Below are positions 13,200-25,550 of a stretch of 64,000 nt of DNA, in pieces. Each line of letters opens with the position of its first letter. Position 1 is the first letter of the stretch. A program made the position numbers and the translations under genes. The stretch covers positions 21,762,001-21,826,000 of the forward strand of contig NC_043001.1 of assembly GCF_006345805.1 (NCBI RefSeq), written 5' to 3'. The notes beneath the pieces are model-generated. The model searched no databases, was not told the origin of the DNA, and saw nothing but the letters and a program-made list of their open reading frames with translations. The stretch comes from Octopus sinensis. Its lineage: Eukaryota.

Positions 13200-13640
13200 A
13201 ATTCATCATCATCATCATCATCGTTTAACGTCCGCTTCCCATGCTAGCATGGGTTGGACGGTTCAACTGGGGTCTGGGGAGCCCGAAGGCTGCACCATGC
13301 CAGTCAGATCTGGCAGTGTTTCTACAGCTGGATGCCCTTCCTAATGCCAACCACTCCGAGAGTGTAGTGGGTGATTTTATGTGCCACCGACACAGGTGCC
13401 GGACGAGGCTGGCGAACGGCCACGCTCGGATGGTGTTTTTTATGTGCCACCGACACAGGTGCCAGACGAGGCTGGCAAACGGTCACGATCGGATGGTGTT
13501 TGTTACGTGCCCACAGCACGGAGGCCAGTCGATGCGGTACTGGCTACGGCCACGTTCGGATGGTTTTCTTATGTGCCACCGGCACTGGTACCACAAAGAT
13601 ACAAATTCCATTGATGTTCATCTATTTTGATTTGGTTTGA
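13200..13640 (-). mobile_element. RTE 3'-tail element with about four ~60-bp internal tandem units
   Basis: Repeated tatgtgccaccgacacaggtgcc.gacgaggctggc.aacgg.cacg.tcggatggtg units. Lies ~70 bp from the BTB exon donor. Confidence 0.8.
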
Positions 13641-13711
13641 TTTTGGTTTGAAATTATAATGCTGAAAACAATTCATTTATACTAGTCATTTTTTAGAAAA
13701 GGTGTACTTAC

Positions 13712-14508
13712 CTATGATGCAATTTTGAGTCAATTTTATCATTGGTTTCTTTTAATTTTAATAAATGAGAATCAGACGAGGGAGAAGAATGATTGTTATT
13801 TTGTGAAAATGAGTATGTTTCTGATATTTCTTGTACTACAAAGTTTTCAGAAGTTGAAGAATTCTGGGGTGCTATATTTGGTTTGATTTCATCATCGATT
13901 ATATTATACTGTATTTGGACGGCTTCGTTAGAAGCTTCAGAAATATTCTTAGATGAAGAACTTTCTCCAGCCTGAGAAGAGGAAAGTGAGTTGCCCTTGA
14001 AATTTAAATTTTCAACATAGAAGCTTTTATCTTTCCGTTCGGAAATAACAATGCTCGTTTCTGATGAGGACAAACTGAGAGGTTTATGGATGATTTTAGT
14101 TTTGATATTGGTACTTTCAGGTTGGTAAACCCAATTACTATTTTTATTAGTGGTTGATTCTGATGATTTGGATAATGATTCATTAAGTACTTTATACAAA
14201 CAGGTGTCATATGGAGAGGAGAGAGCAGCTTTAAGTACAACGTTTTGTTCTTTTGCAGAGTCCAAGAAAGAGAGACAAAATTTTACTACAGTTTCTACTT
14301 GAAGATAAGATGCTATATTAAGCACCTCCATTACACTCTCTTCATTTAAATTTAGGAGTCCTTCATAAAGATACATTATAAAACAGTGAAGAGCATCCAC
14401 GCCACGGAGATTAATTGGTAATTGAACTTGAAGATGTCCTTCACAAGGTCCATTCTGACACAATGCCAACAACGTTGGACTAGCCACCATTAGCACAGTC
14501 TTGTGAAC
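13712..14508 (-). CDS. BTB/POZ-domain protein, second coding exon (BTB C-terminal half plus Ser/Asn-rich linker)
   Basis: Acceptor tttgttgtag|GTT at 14509/14508 (phase 0) joins in frame as ...YKIK|VHKTVLMVASP...FIMYLYEGLLNLNEESVMEVLNIASYLQVETVVKFC, a canonical BTB fold. About 180 aa of low complexity follows. Consensus donor AG|gtaagt at 13712/13711 (phase 2). Confidence 0.93.
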
Positions 14509-14545
14509 CTACAACAAATTATTAAATATGTCATAAATATACACA

Positions 14546-14930
14546 TCTCTATATATATAAACGGCAAAATGTCTGTCTCTGTGTGTGTGTGTGTGTGTGC
14601 GTGTCCTTTATACAAATCCACAATTTTTCAGTTAGAGGGCTCACACATTCTATGGTCATTCAAAACCGTCCAAGGGTGGTCGTGCACATCTTTACATTTC
14701 CCCAGTCACCCCGCAAAGCCATATAAAAAATCAATAGAAGAGACTTTTTTGTGAATTTTCTATCCAAAACCCAATCAAAATGCCCGAAACTTGATAAGCC
14801 AATTGAATGCCAGCTAGCTGTATGTGATAGGTCGGAGATTTGCACAGTACTCGTGTGTATGTGTGCACGCACGCAGTTGTATATGCATGCACTAGCACTA
14901 TGACCCGGCGTTGGCAGGTCATAGTGCTAG
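14546..14930 (+). mobile_element. Non-autonomous Helitron, full length (~385 bp)
   Basis: A|TC...CTAG|T termini at an A^T site, no TSD, subterminal hairpin ctatgacccggcgttggcaggtcatag, internal (TG)n. Second copy at 1-297. Confidence 0.75.
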
Positions 14931-15049
14931 TTTCATATAAATTTCATGTATGCACACACAGACACACATGCGCACATGTGCACACACACACACACACACA
15001 CACACATGCAAGATATTAGCTAAGTATGTAGTCCAACATTGCTTAAATT

Positions 15050-16010
15050 GCAGAGGACATCAGCTGCAAAAACCTCTTTGGAAAAAGCTAGAAAAAGATG
15101 TAAGTAGCCATGGCCAGATCATATTTGGTGCATAGTCCATGTGGAGGTTGTTCTTGCATTAAAATCTCCAAGAACAAACAGCTTATCAGTTGCTGACATG
15201 GTAGCAAGGTATGAGTCCAGCAGGGCTTGGGAAAACTTGGGATCAAAGGGCATTGAAGTTAACTTAGCAAAGACCAAAGTTCTAGGAAAATGGACAGAAG
15301 AAATTCCATATTGTGTACCCTGTGTAAACTATTTTGTTGTTGTTGTTTGTTCCTTCTTGAGCCATGCCTGGCTCATAAGGGCCGGTTTCCTGGTTTCTTG
15401 GTGTATAGGTTCCCCACCTGGACGGGATGCCGGCCCGTTGCAGATGAGCTGCAAGATGCAGGAGGAAAGAGTGAGAGAAAGTTGTGGCGAAAGAGTCAGC
15501 AGAGGTTCGCCATTACCTTCTGCCAGAGCCGTGTGGAGCTCAGGTGTTTTCGCTCATAAACACACACATTGCCCAGTCTGAGATTCGAACCCACGATCCC
15601 TCGACTGCGAGTCCGCTGCTCTAACCACTAGGCCATGTACCTCCACAGCGTAAACTATTGATACATATGAGGTGCAGTGGAATCACAGAAATATCAACAG
15701 AGAAAGTAGACATTGTTTGTGGCAGGTGCACAGAAGCAATACACACTAAGGACACACAGAAAGGAGATTTTCTCAAATAGCCATGAGGTTTCCCAAAGGT
15801 TGTAGATAGTTTCTGTTATCTAGGTGACCTAATTAGCAGTGGAGGAGAATGTTCTATAAGTATAGTTGCTAGAATAAGGACCAGTTAGAGAAAGTTAAGA
15901 GAACTATTGATTTGCTGGTAATAGAAGGCCTATCTCACAGATTGTATGTTTGTTATGAATGCAGAGAATATGTGAGGAATAGAAAGAAGTGAAGCTAGCA
16001 TGCTATGCTG
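15050..16010 (+). mobile_element. RTE LINE fragment interrupted by a SINE
   Basis: Decayed WENLGSKG..VNLAKTKV and DSFCYLGDLISSGG motifs on either side of the SINE at 15334-15649. Confidence 0.65.
15334..15649 (-). mobile_element. tRNA(Arg)-head SINE with a different 3' tail, nested in an RTE fragment
   Basis: 10-bp TSD gtaaactatt (15324-15333 / 15650-15659). Shares its 5' ~170 bp with 20372-20756 but has a different tail ending in (aac)n. Confidence 0.8.
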
Positions 16011-16233
16011 GATGTACAACATCAATATGCATGTACAACGAAATGAAAATAAAGTAGTGGAAATGACAGAGAATAAATGGAGAGAGAGAGAGAGAGAGAG
16101 AGTAGTTGATGTATGACAACAATGAATGATACAAGAATGATGAGAGAGAGAGAGAAAGAAAGAGTGATGAATAAAGGCAGGTGATGGTAAGAGAGAGAGA
16201 AAGAGTAATGCCTAGTGTCAATGATATCGAGTA

Positions 16234-16628
16234 ATGCAGAAGAGAGTGATTAAAGACAGTAAGAATGGTGATGGAGGGAGATTGAATAATGATTGATCTG
16301 CCATGCCTGCTGCATAGGTGGTGTGATGAGACAGAATAATGGGGAGGTAGAGATATAGATAGATGCAGAAGAGAGTGATTAAAGACAGTAAGTATGGTGA
16401 TGAGAGGGGAATTGAATAATGACTGATCTGATGCCATGCTTGCTGCATAGGTGGTGCGATGAGACAGAATAATGGAGAGGCAGAGATATAGATAGATGCA
16501 GAAGAGAGCGATTAAAGACAGTAAGTATGGTGATGGATGGGAATTGAATAATGACTGATCTGATGCCATGCCTGCTGCATAGATGGTGCGATGAGACAGA
16601 ATAATGGGGAGGCAGAGATATAGATAGA
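16234..16628. repeat. Tandem repeat, three copies of a ~129-133 bp unit
   Basis: Units start atgcagaagagag at 16234, 16363 and 16496. Confidence 0.9.
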
Positions 16629-17439
16629 TCCAAATCCCAATTTCTAGCAACACTACCACCAGCTTCCATGGCTAGACAAGTCTTCTCCAACAACATCAGT
16701 TTTCTGTTTAAAAAAAAACCTGTTATCTTTTTCCTCACCATACTTGAGTTTTAAATCAATTTATGACTCTTTACAAAGCACTCAGAGAACATATGTGACC
16801 ATCAAAACCACTCTGAACATTTCTGGGTTGGGGTTTTTTTTGTACAACATATATCTTTTGCAATATATACTGTTCACCCCTTTAAACCAATTTTTCACAG
16901 CGTTTTTCATACTCTTTATTGCATGTAACACATAACCTTTTCCCCATCATTCCTTTATGCAGTTCTCTGGTACAGGACCCACTTTTTTCCATCCACCATG
17001 TCAGCATCCTCATCACTCAACCCCTCTGCCTAACCTCATCACCGATGTGTAGGTGGTTACATTAGATCCCTTGTGCCCAGCTCACTCTACTTTCATCCAC
17101 ACTTCCTGTATTGCCTGTCTCCACCCAATGTCACCCTATCTACCAGCATACACATATTCCTTTCCCTCTGGGTCTCTGAGATCCCTCTGTTATTGCTTTA
17201 TCCACTGAATTACCTCCCCCTTGCCATATCACTTTGAATATTCATACCTAACTCAGAGTATTGAGTTCTCCTCTCACTCATCTTGCTTTCCCACATCCCT
17301 CATATCACTACCATTTGTGCTTCTTGCTCTGTAAAAAGAGGCTGGTAAGCAAGCACAGATATGGTGTTGTGAAGTCCCTTTAGACATGACAATGACATGG
17401 TATCTCTGTAGCACTGATGTCAAGAAAAACACACCCAGT

Positions 17440-17790
17440 ACATCATCATCATCGTTTAACATCCGTTTTCCATGCTAGCATGGGTTGGACGGTTCGACCA
17501 GGGTCTGGGAAGCCAGGAGGCTGCACCAGGCTCCAGTCTGATCTGGCAATGCTTCTACAGCTGGATGCCCTTCCTAACGCCAACCACTCCATGAGTGTAG
17601 TGGGTGCTTTTTACGTGCCACCGGAGGCTGGAAACGGCCACGATCAGTTGATGCTTTTTACATGCCACAGGCATGGAAGCCAGTCAAGGCGCGCTGGCAT
17701 CGGCCACATTCGGATGGTGCTTTTTACATGCCACCGGCACAGGTATCACAACTACAATTTCCCTTTGATTTTTATTTTGATGTTGATGTA
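17440..17790 (-). mobile_element. RTE 3'-tail element
   Basis: Same family, in the BTB intron. Confidence 0.8.
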
Positions 17791-17913
17791 CTTGACTCAA
17801 TAGATCATTGTAAAAATAAGCAATCACATCATTGAAATCTTGAATCTACAAGATAATGCATTACTAATTCAAAATAAGCAATACATTTAACAGAGTAATC
17901 TGAATGCTAAAAT

Positions 17914-18189
17914 GGGATCTTTTCACTTTGACCGGCAGATTTTCATATGACGTCGCCAGAAAATGTTACGGCAGAAATTGAATTCACCTCAATAGACATC
18001 ATTGATTGGTTGAAATTGCCCAAATGCAAGAAATTAAACAACAAATATGTTACAAACTACAGAATTTTCTTAATAAAGCCAAGAGAAAAAGATATTTTAT
18101 ATACACATTCTACCAGTATACGAAGTTTAAAATTTTTTAGTTACATAGAAATTATTTTAAAAATCTGCCAGTCAAAGTGAAAAGATCCC
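17914..18189. mobile_element. MITE with ~29-bp TIRs (GGGATCTTTTCACTTTGACCGGCAGATTTT)
   Basis: Inverted termini at 17914-17942 and 18161-18189. A related right end lies at 30830-30935. Confidence 0.75.
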
Positions 18190-18224
18190 TAAAACGTTAA
18201 CAAGGAATTGAAGAGAATTCTTAC

Positions 18225-18350
18225 TTTAATCTTATATGATCCAGCTTGAACAGTAGCATCACAGAGAGTTTGTTTTTTCCATAATTCACAAAGCACAGTC
18301 ATTGCTTGAGAGCCATGGTCTTGATCCAGGTAAGCTTGTTCATATACCAT
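18225..18350 (-). CDS. BTB/POZ-domain protein, first coding exon
   Basis: ATG at 18350. MVYEQAYLDQDHGSQAMTVLCELWKKQTLCDATVQAGSYKIK is a typical BTB N-terminus (H...L..L..L.....LCD.T). Donor AAA|gtaaga at 18225/18224 (phase 0). Exon acceptor tgtatttgcag| at 18409/18408, so 18351-18408 is 5'UTR. Confidence 0.92.
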
Positions 18351-19749
18351 TTTGCAGGTATATTACAACAGTAGGGGGAATTCAGAAACATAGGAATTCA
18401 AGGTATACCTGCAAATACAATAGAAATATTATAAAAACTGATGACAGTTGCACTAGAAACATTTTCCCTGGATATATGTGTTGAAATTTGGGATGTGTCT
18501 ATTATGTTCATGTGACTTTGTAAGCATTTTTGATGAAATTTCTTGAAATATTCCTTATTAGAAAGCAGTAATGACACAAAAGAATTAAGGAATTATTGTT
18601 TTTGCATCCTTCAAAACTTCCTTGCTTCCTGAGATTCGCCAACACTACACCTGATTTTCTCCCCTCCATACACACACAAGCATGTATCTGACTCATACAC
18701 TGTTCCCTTCCCAGACATTTGTACATTACTGCATATGCTTTATACACACTTTTGACAAGTTGTGGTGCACCTGAGCACTGTATACAATAATTTCATTATA
18801 TTATATTAAGTCAAGAAATTTTTTATTAATTCATCATTATCACCATTTAACGTCTGCCTTCCATGCTGGATGGTTTGACAGGAGCTCGCAAGACAAAGAA
18901 CTGTGCCAAGTTCTGCTGCCTGCTTTGGCAATGTTTCCAAGGAAGGATGCCCTTCTTAACACCAACCACTTTACAGAGTGTATTGGGTGGTTTTTACATA
19001 GCATCACACACAGTATTGTGTGTAAATTGTAAAAACAAAACCCTGAGGACTATTTATATAGAACAGACTTAATTTGAGATAATTAGAAGAAATAATAAAG
19101 ACAACTAGTAAAAGTAATTTTGTAAAAGCATACAATCAGGATTCAAAATTAAGGACTAAAATTCTTATGCTAAAAATGGTTGAGGATGTGTGTGTGTATC
19201 ATTATTAGTATTATTTTATAGCTCCTTATGTGCAATGTACTTTGTAAATATTCTAAGTGCACCAGAACTTTCTTCAATTAATATGCTCTGTTGTTTTCCA
19301 CCATTAGTCTTACCTCAGTTTTGACAGATGAGCAGACCTACGGTTAAAAGCGGTCCAGCCTTATTCACCTCGATTTTTTACATACCTATGTCAATGTTCT
19401 ACAAGGCTTTCTTCAATTTTTTAAGATAGGAAAATATAAGTTAAAGGAATTTGATGGCTACTTCCAAGAGGTCAGGCAACTTACCATTGACCCAAAGATG
19501 AACTTATGTTGGATTGTCTGCCCTTAGTTATACAATTATCTTCCTTGGGCTTGTTTTGTTTAAACATGTTTTATAGAATTAGTCTTCACGTGCAAACTAA
19601 TTGTACCCGTTAAAAATTTTAATTCCGGGTTGAGAAACATTGATTTATGAGACATAATCAATACTAGTCACTAGAGCTAATAGAAGCTGAAAAACGTTAA
19701 GACAAATTCTCAGAATTTTAATAAACCTTTCAAAAGAATGACTGTGGAT

Positions 19750-19975
19750 CAGAGGTTCTCAACTGAGGTCATCCTAAGATTTTGTTGTTAAAAATTATGT
19801 GCAATAAACTGGTTATGCTTCTACAACACATAAATTATTTTAACAACTTTTTGTACAATTCCTAATAATATTTAATTATAAAAGCATAAATAGGGTTTTT
19901 TTAAATACTGAAATGCTTTAAAGGTCCACCAGAGAAAAATAGGATTCAAAGGTAAAAAAAAAATGAGAACCACTG
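19750..19975. mobile_element. hAT/Charlie-like MITE
   Basis: Termini cagaggttctca ... tgagaaccactg; TSD not clean. Confidence 0.55.
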
Positions 19976-20371
19976 CATTAGATGATTCAAAAAGCAATAT
20001 TTTATTGAGATTGAAGAGGGAAGTGAAAACAAGAGAATGTACAAAGAATGAAAAATAAATGGCTTGAGTGTAATCTATTGGACATTAAATATGAATCTAA
20101 GGAATAGACAAATATGTAGGAGGGTAGTGGATGCTAATTTGAAGTGTATTTGTTTATCAAAGAAATGAATCAAGTGGCAACAATATAATTCAGTAATATT
20201 GGGAAATTCTAAAAACAAAACCCTGAGGACTATTTATATAGAACTGACTTAATTTGAGATAATTAGAAGAAATAATAATGACAACTAGTAAAAGTAATTT
20301 TGTAAAAGCATACAATTAGGATTCAAAATTAAGGACTAAAATTCTTATGCTAAAAATGGTTGAGATGAAGT

Positions 20372-20756
20372 GGAAGCACTCCATCGGTTACGACGACGAG
20401 GGTTCCGGTTGATCCGAATCAACGGAACAACCTGCTCATGAAATTAACGTGTAAGTGGCTGAGCACTCCACAGACACGTGTACCCTTAACGTAGTTCTCG
20501 GGGGATATTCAGCGTGACACAGAGTGACAAGGCCGGCCCTTTGAAATACAGGTACAACAGAAACAGGAAGTAAAAGTGAGAGAAAGTTGTGGTGAAAGAG
20601 TACAGCAGGGATCACCACCATCCCCTGCCGGAGCCTCGTGGAGCTTTAGGTGTTTTCGCTCAATAAACACTCACAACGTCCGGTCTGGGAATCGAAACCG
20701 CGATCCTACGACCGCGAGTCCACTGCTCTAACCACTGGGCCATTGCGCCTCCACAA
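20372..20756 (-). mobile_element. Young tRNA(Arg)-derived SINE (octopus OR-type)
   Basis: Head gtggaggcgcaatggcccagtggttagagcagtggactcgcggtcgtaggatcgcggtttcgattccc. 11-bp TSD tgagatgaagt (20361-20371 / 20757-20767). Near-identical copy at 36078-36452. Confidence 0.85.
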
Positions 20757-21282
20757 TGAGATGAAGTATAACTTCATAGGAAGCAATACATGATATCATA
20801 ATTTAATGAATACCAGTTAAATGATCATCAATTTATGAATAACCTTAAAATTTTGAGATCAAATTGACATTAGTTTATCTACATTATTTCTTTTTTACAT
20901 AACTCTCCAGTCACATGTATATTAATTGCCATTTTTTTTCTTTAAAATATTCTTCTAAAATGAACTTTATCACATAAAATCATCAATGATTACCAGCTCA
21001 CAACAGACAACAGTTATTCTCCTTTACATGTAGCATCTTCTGTAAACACTACATGTTCATAAACAGAGCTATCTTGCCCGTGTCAAATCAGTTGACTTCA
21101 TTGGAATTTGTTTCAAAAGTTCAGTTTACCTTATTTTATATCAATTTATTGAATACCTTGTCATCGTTGCCAAAGGCCACTGAATTGCACAATTGTTGTC
21201 GTCAGAAGAGTTAATTTCTGTACAACAGTCTGAAACACAGCAAACTAGTTCTAGTCCCAATGAGCAACTCTAAACAACTTAC

Positions 21283-21620
21283 TCATCGCAAGCAACAAAC
21301 CATCAAAACTCCATAAATCTTGAACCGTGAATTCCTAACTCAGATCTTAGGTACACATCAGATATTACTTCAATATTTTATGTACCTTTTTTGTCCTTCC
21401 CACTTATCACGCCTAGGAAATGGAGCAGCTGTCAATCGTACATAAAGTCTGTCACCTAACTGAGAAGTATCATTTCTCTGATGTTGCTGAACATTAGATT
21501 ATTTGATCATACATAGCTAGTAAAATTTCTATTGAAGTATAGACAATATCTGCAAGATGACAAAACAGCTGTGGCCAACAAACGAGCCCTCAATTGGAGG
21601 TTAGGTCGATCAAAACTGAC
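21283..21620 (-). promoter_or_regulatory. Candidate non-coding first exon / TSS region of the BTB gene
   Basis: Unique sequence containing CpGs. Donor CGATGA|gtaagt at 21283/21282. Inr-like TCAGTT (21619-21614) overlaps a CRE-like TGACGTAA. An alternative donor AAG|gtgaga at 23521/23520 lies next to a CpG-richer patch (23840-23900). Confidence 0.3.
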
Positions 21621-22788
21621 GTAATGCATACAAGTCAAATCACATGGTAATATGATATGAATCGCTAGCAAGCTGGGCAAAACGCTTGGCGGCATTTCGT
21701 TCATTTTTATGTTCTGAGTTCAAGATCCCACCCAGGTAGACTTTGCCATTCATCCTTTCGGTTCGATAAAATAAATACCAGCTGAGCACTGGGGTCGATA
21801 TAATCGACTTACCCAATTCCCCGAGCTTGCTGGCTTTGTGCCAAAATTTGAAACCAAATATCAAATGCTGAAAATTGACATACTAATTGATTTGGATTGT
21901 TGAAAATATTGATTTAAACACTGTCTACACACAGAATAGATTTACAAGTTTTACTTGTTACAAATTATTTAAGTCAAATCGATTACTCCCCAACCTTTCA
22001 TTATTAGAATAATAAAGAATTTTTTATTAAATACGCCAGAAATAATTTTGTTACAGTAAACCATAATTAGGATATTAATTTCTAATGAATTTACAGAGAG
22101 TAATAACAATAAACTTATATTTCATGCTTACAAACTCTTCCGAGAGTTAAAATTATTTGCTCATAAATCTAATACACACACAACACTGCTATATATATAT
22201 AGTCTTAGAAAGTAATCTGTTGTTTAACCCAAAGCGAACCATGACCGAGCAAAAACATTCCATCTATAATCTACTGTAATTAACTATTACATCCATCTCT
22301 GGGAAAGAGCATGGCATTGGGAGAGGGGAGCGAAAATGTAAAAATAAATTTAATTTTGTGAACAAAAATTCTTTTATAGGAGACAAAAAAACGACCACCC
22401 AATTCCTTGCCCTTTTATTTTTCCAAGGGGTAATGATAGCTATTCAGAAAATCCGCCGATCATAGTTTTCAGACAGATACAAATTCTTAAAATTTACCGT
22501 ATGCAGGGCTGCATTTGCTAAGGATTCCTCTTATTATTTAAGAAGCAGATTAGGTTGCTATTTCTAACACATCAAGTGACAACGTCTACATAGAAACTCC
22601 CTCGATTAGCACACAATGTAGCATAGAATCACTTAAGGTGAGGGAATCAGGGAACTATTTTGATATATGAACAAAAAGACTATTCATTTACCAAACAGAA
22701 ATCTAATGAACTACAATAAAATTTTACAGTAATACTTAGCAATGCTTTTTTAATTTTTTACAAGAATCAAAAATTACATTAAATATGA

Positions 22789-22821
<33 letters not shown>

Positions 22822-23899
22822 ACAGTTAATGAGCAACAACCCTTTGTCTTAGGTTACTGAAGTAAAATTAACAGACCCCAGTTAATTTTACATTAATTAC
22901 AAATAATTTAAGGCCTGTAGTTTTTAATTTCAATATTGGAAAATATTTTCGAGAGGAAAACTGAGGCAAGTTATTACAAAGAGGATAAAAACGTTAAAAT
23001 CAGAAATAGATGGAAACTAATTCTATGATAGAATTAGCAATAACTTGCTTGTAAAAATTCTATTTTATGTCTAAGACAAGACAATATTTTAGTGAATTAC
23101 TGAAAATAAATTAGAGAAAAACGGGGAAATATCCAGGGAAAATCTTATGAAAAGTATAAAGGAGAAGAGATTTTGCAGTGACCTCGATTCTTATTAGTAA
23201 ATAAAATGATGCGAGCCAGTAAATTAAAAGATATCACAAAATAATTTTAAATTAATAACACACAGCGGGTACGTGTTGTAATTATCTCTGCTACATTATA
23301 ATTAAGAGTATGGTGCTTGCTAGAGAAGAAACTTTCATCAAACTTAATGTACCAAACGTTATTTACAAGTGTACATCGAGAAACTAGCTGATAATGATTA
23401 GCAAATAAAATTTTTTTACAAAGAAAAACACCGGGGCTAAAATAAAAGACAAAATTTGTGTTACATGTTTCGTATTAATATCAATGGCCAGGCTAGAAAA
23501 TAGTTTTCCTTTCGTCTCACCTTAAAAGACCATTCACAAATAGCAAGGCTTCGAGTATGTTTAGTTTTGTGCTTGTTTATGTTTAGTTCTTCTCTTCAGA
23601 ATAAAGCAAAAGCACTGTTGTCAGGAGAAATGTGTCTGGGATATTATTCTAAAGCATTTTATTTGCTTTTTTCACGCTTTCAGTCAAAACAATGGCGATA
23701 ATTAAGAAAGTCTGTCTTCCTGGGGAAACATTTCATGATATGAATCAATACGGACATTTGAACATTAATTGAAAACAAAAGGAAATTAAACGAAAAATGC
23801 TATAATTACATAAATTATAATTCTTTTCGACTTAAAATAATATCTATGAGGCGTATTTTCGTACGTAGACTATCGCAAAACGCCGATATACCGTTATAT

Positions 23900-24500
<601 letters not shown>

Positions 24501-24726
24501 ATACACATACACAGAAAGTCGGGTTAATAGGCCGGCATTTAGGGTCAACTAAGAAAGTATATAAATGGTCCTTTAACATTATATGCATATAAATATATAA
24601 CATCATCATTAGAGAGACATGCGGGTGTAAATAAAGACATATACATACATATAGTTGGGCTAATAAGCCTGCTTTTAGGGTCAGCTAAAAAGTTGTTATG
24701 GTCTTTGAAAGGAACATGTATATATG

Positions 24727-24890
24727 TATCATCATCATCGTTTAACGTCCGCTTTCCATGCTAGCATGGGCTGGACGGTTCTACTGGGGTCTGGGAAGCC
24801 AGGAGGCTACACCAGGCCCAGTCTGATCTGGCAGTGTTTCTACAGCTGGATGCCCTTCCTAACGCCAACCACTCCGTGAGTGTAGTGGAT
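24727..24890 (-). mobile_element. RTE 3'-tail element (inverted partner of 25330-25480)
   Basis: Same family, high similarity to other copies. Confidence 0.8.
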
Positions 24891-24999
24891 GTATATATAT
24901 ATATTTATATACATATAAGAGGGATGACCCCTAAGTGAACATCCATATGCTAGAAGTCACTCCCCTATGGTCTTATATATATATATATATATTATATAT

Positions 25000-25061
<62 letters not shown>

Positions 25062-25062
<1 letters not shown>

Positions 25063-25187
25063 AATATTACTTTATAAAAATTTACTTTACCACACACCGA
25101 GCTTTTTAGAAATAGCAGCCAAAAATTTTTGGTTGTTATTTCTAAAAAGCTCGGTGTGTGGTACCCTATTTTTATAAAGTAATATTT
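25062..25187. repeat. Fold-back palindrome
   Basis: Inner 38-bp arms 25088-25125 / 25126-25163 plus outer 20-bp arms. Confidence 0.9.
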
Positions 25188-25269
25188 CAAATATACCGTA
25201 AATGGTCATTTTACATACCGAACACTGCTCGGTCGAATTTAGAATTAATTAATTCTACCCTTTTTTATT

Positions 25270-25310
<41 letters not shown>

Positions 25311-25329
25311 CATACATATATATATATAT

Positions 25330-25480
25330 AGTGGTTGGCGTTAGGAAGGGCATCCAGCTGTAGAAACACTGCCAGATCAGACAGGTGCCTGGTGCAGCTT
25401 CCTGACTTCTCAGACTTTGGTTAAACCATCCAACCCATGCTAGCATGGAAAACGGACGTTAAACGATGATGATGATGATA
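25330..25480 (+). mobile_element. RTE 3'-tail element
   Basis: gtggttggcgttaggaagggcatccagctgtagaaacactgccagatcagac...cgttaaacgatgatgatgat. Confidence 0.8.
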
Positions 25481-25550
25481 TATATATATATATATATGAG
25501 AGTATTGTAGTCTGCTTGAAGCATTGTGTATTGTTTGTAAAGAATAAAAT

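Noticed and set aside
13241-13640. Overlapping ORFs with CHRH/VPP/ATG repeats (also 4062-4273 and 36921-37283)
   Set aside because: Translations of the ~60-bp units in the RTE 3'UTR family, which is multicopy and frameshifted.
16003-16741. 218-aa and 120-aa minus-strand ORFs
   Set aside because: Produced by the ~130-bp tandem repeat and a (GA)n tract; no domain features or splice context.
20680-20756. tRNA-Arg(TCG) gene (also 36380-36452)
   Set aside because: It is the head of a multicopy SINE with a TSD; the acceptor stem is not closed and it runs on into SINE body.
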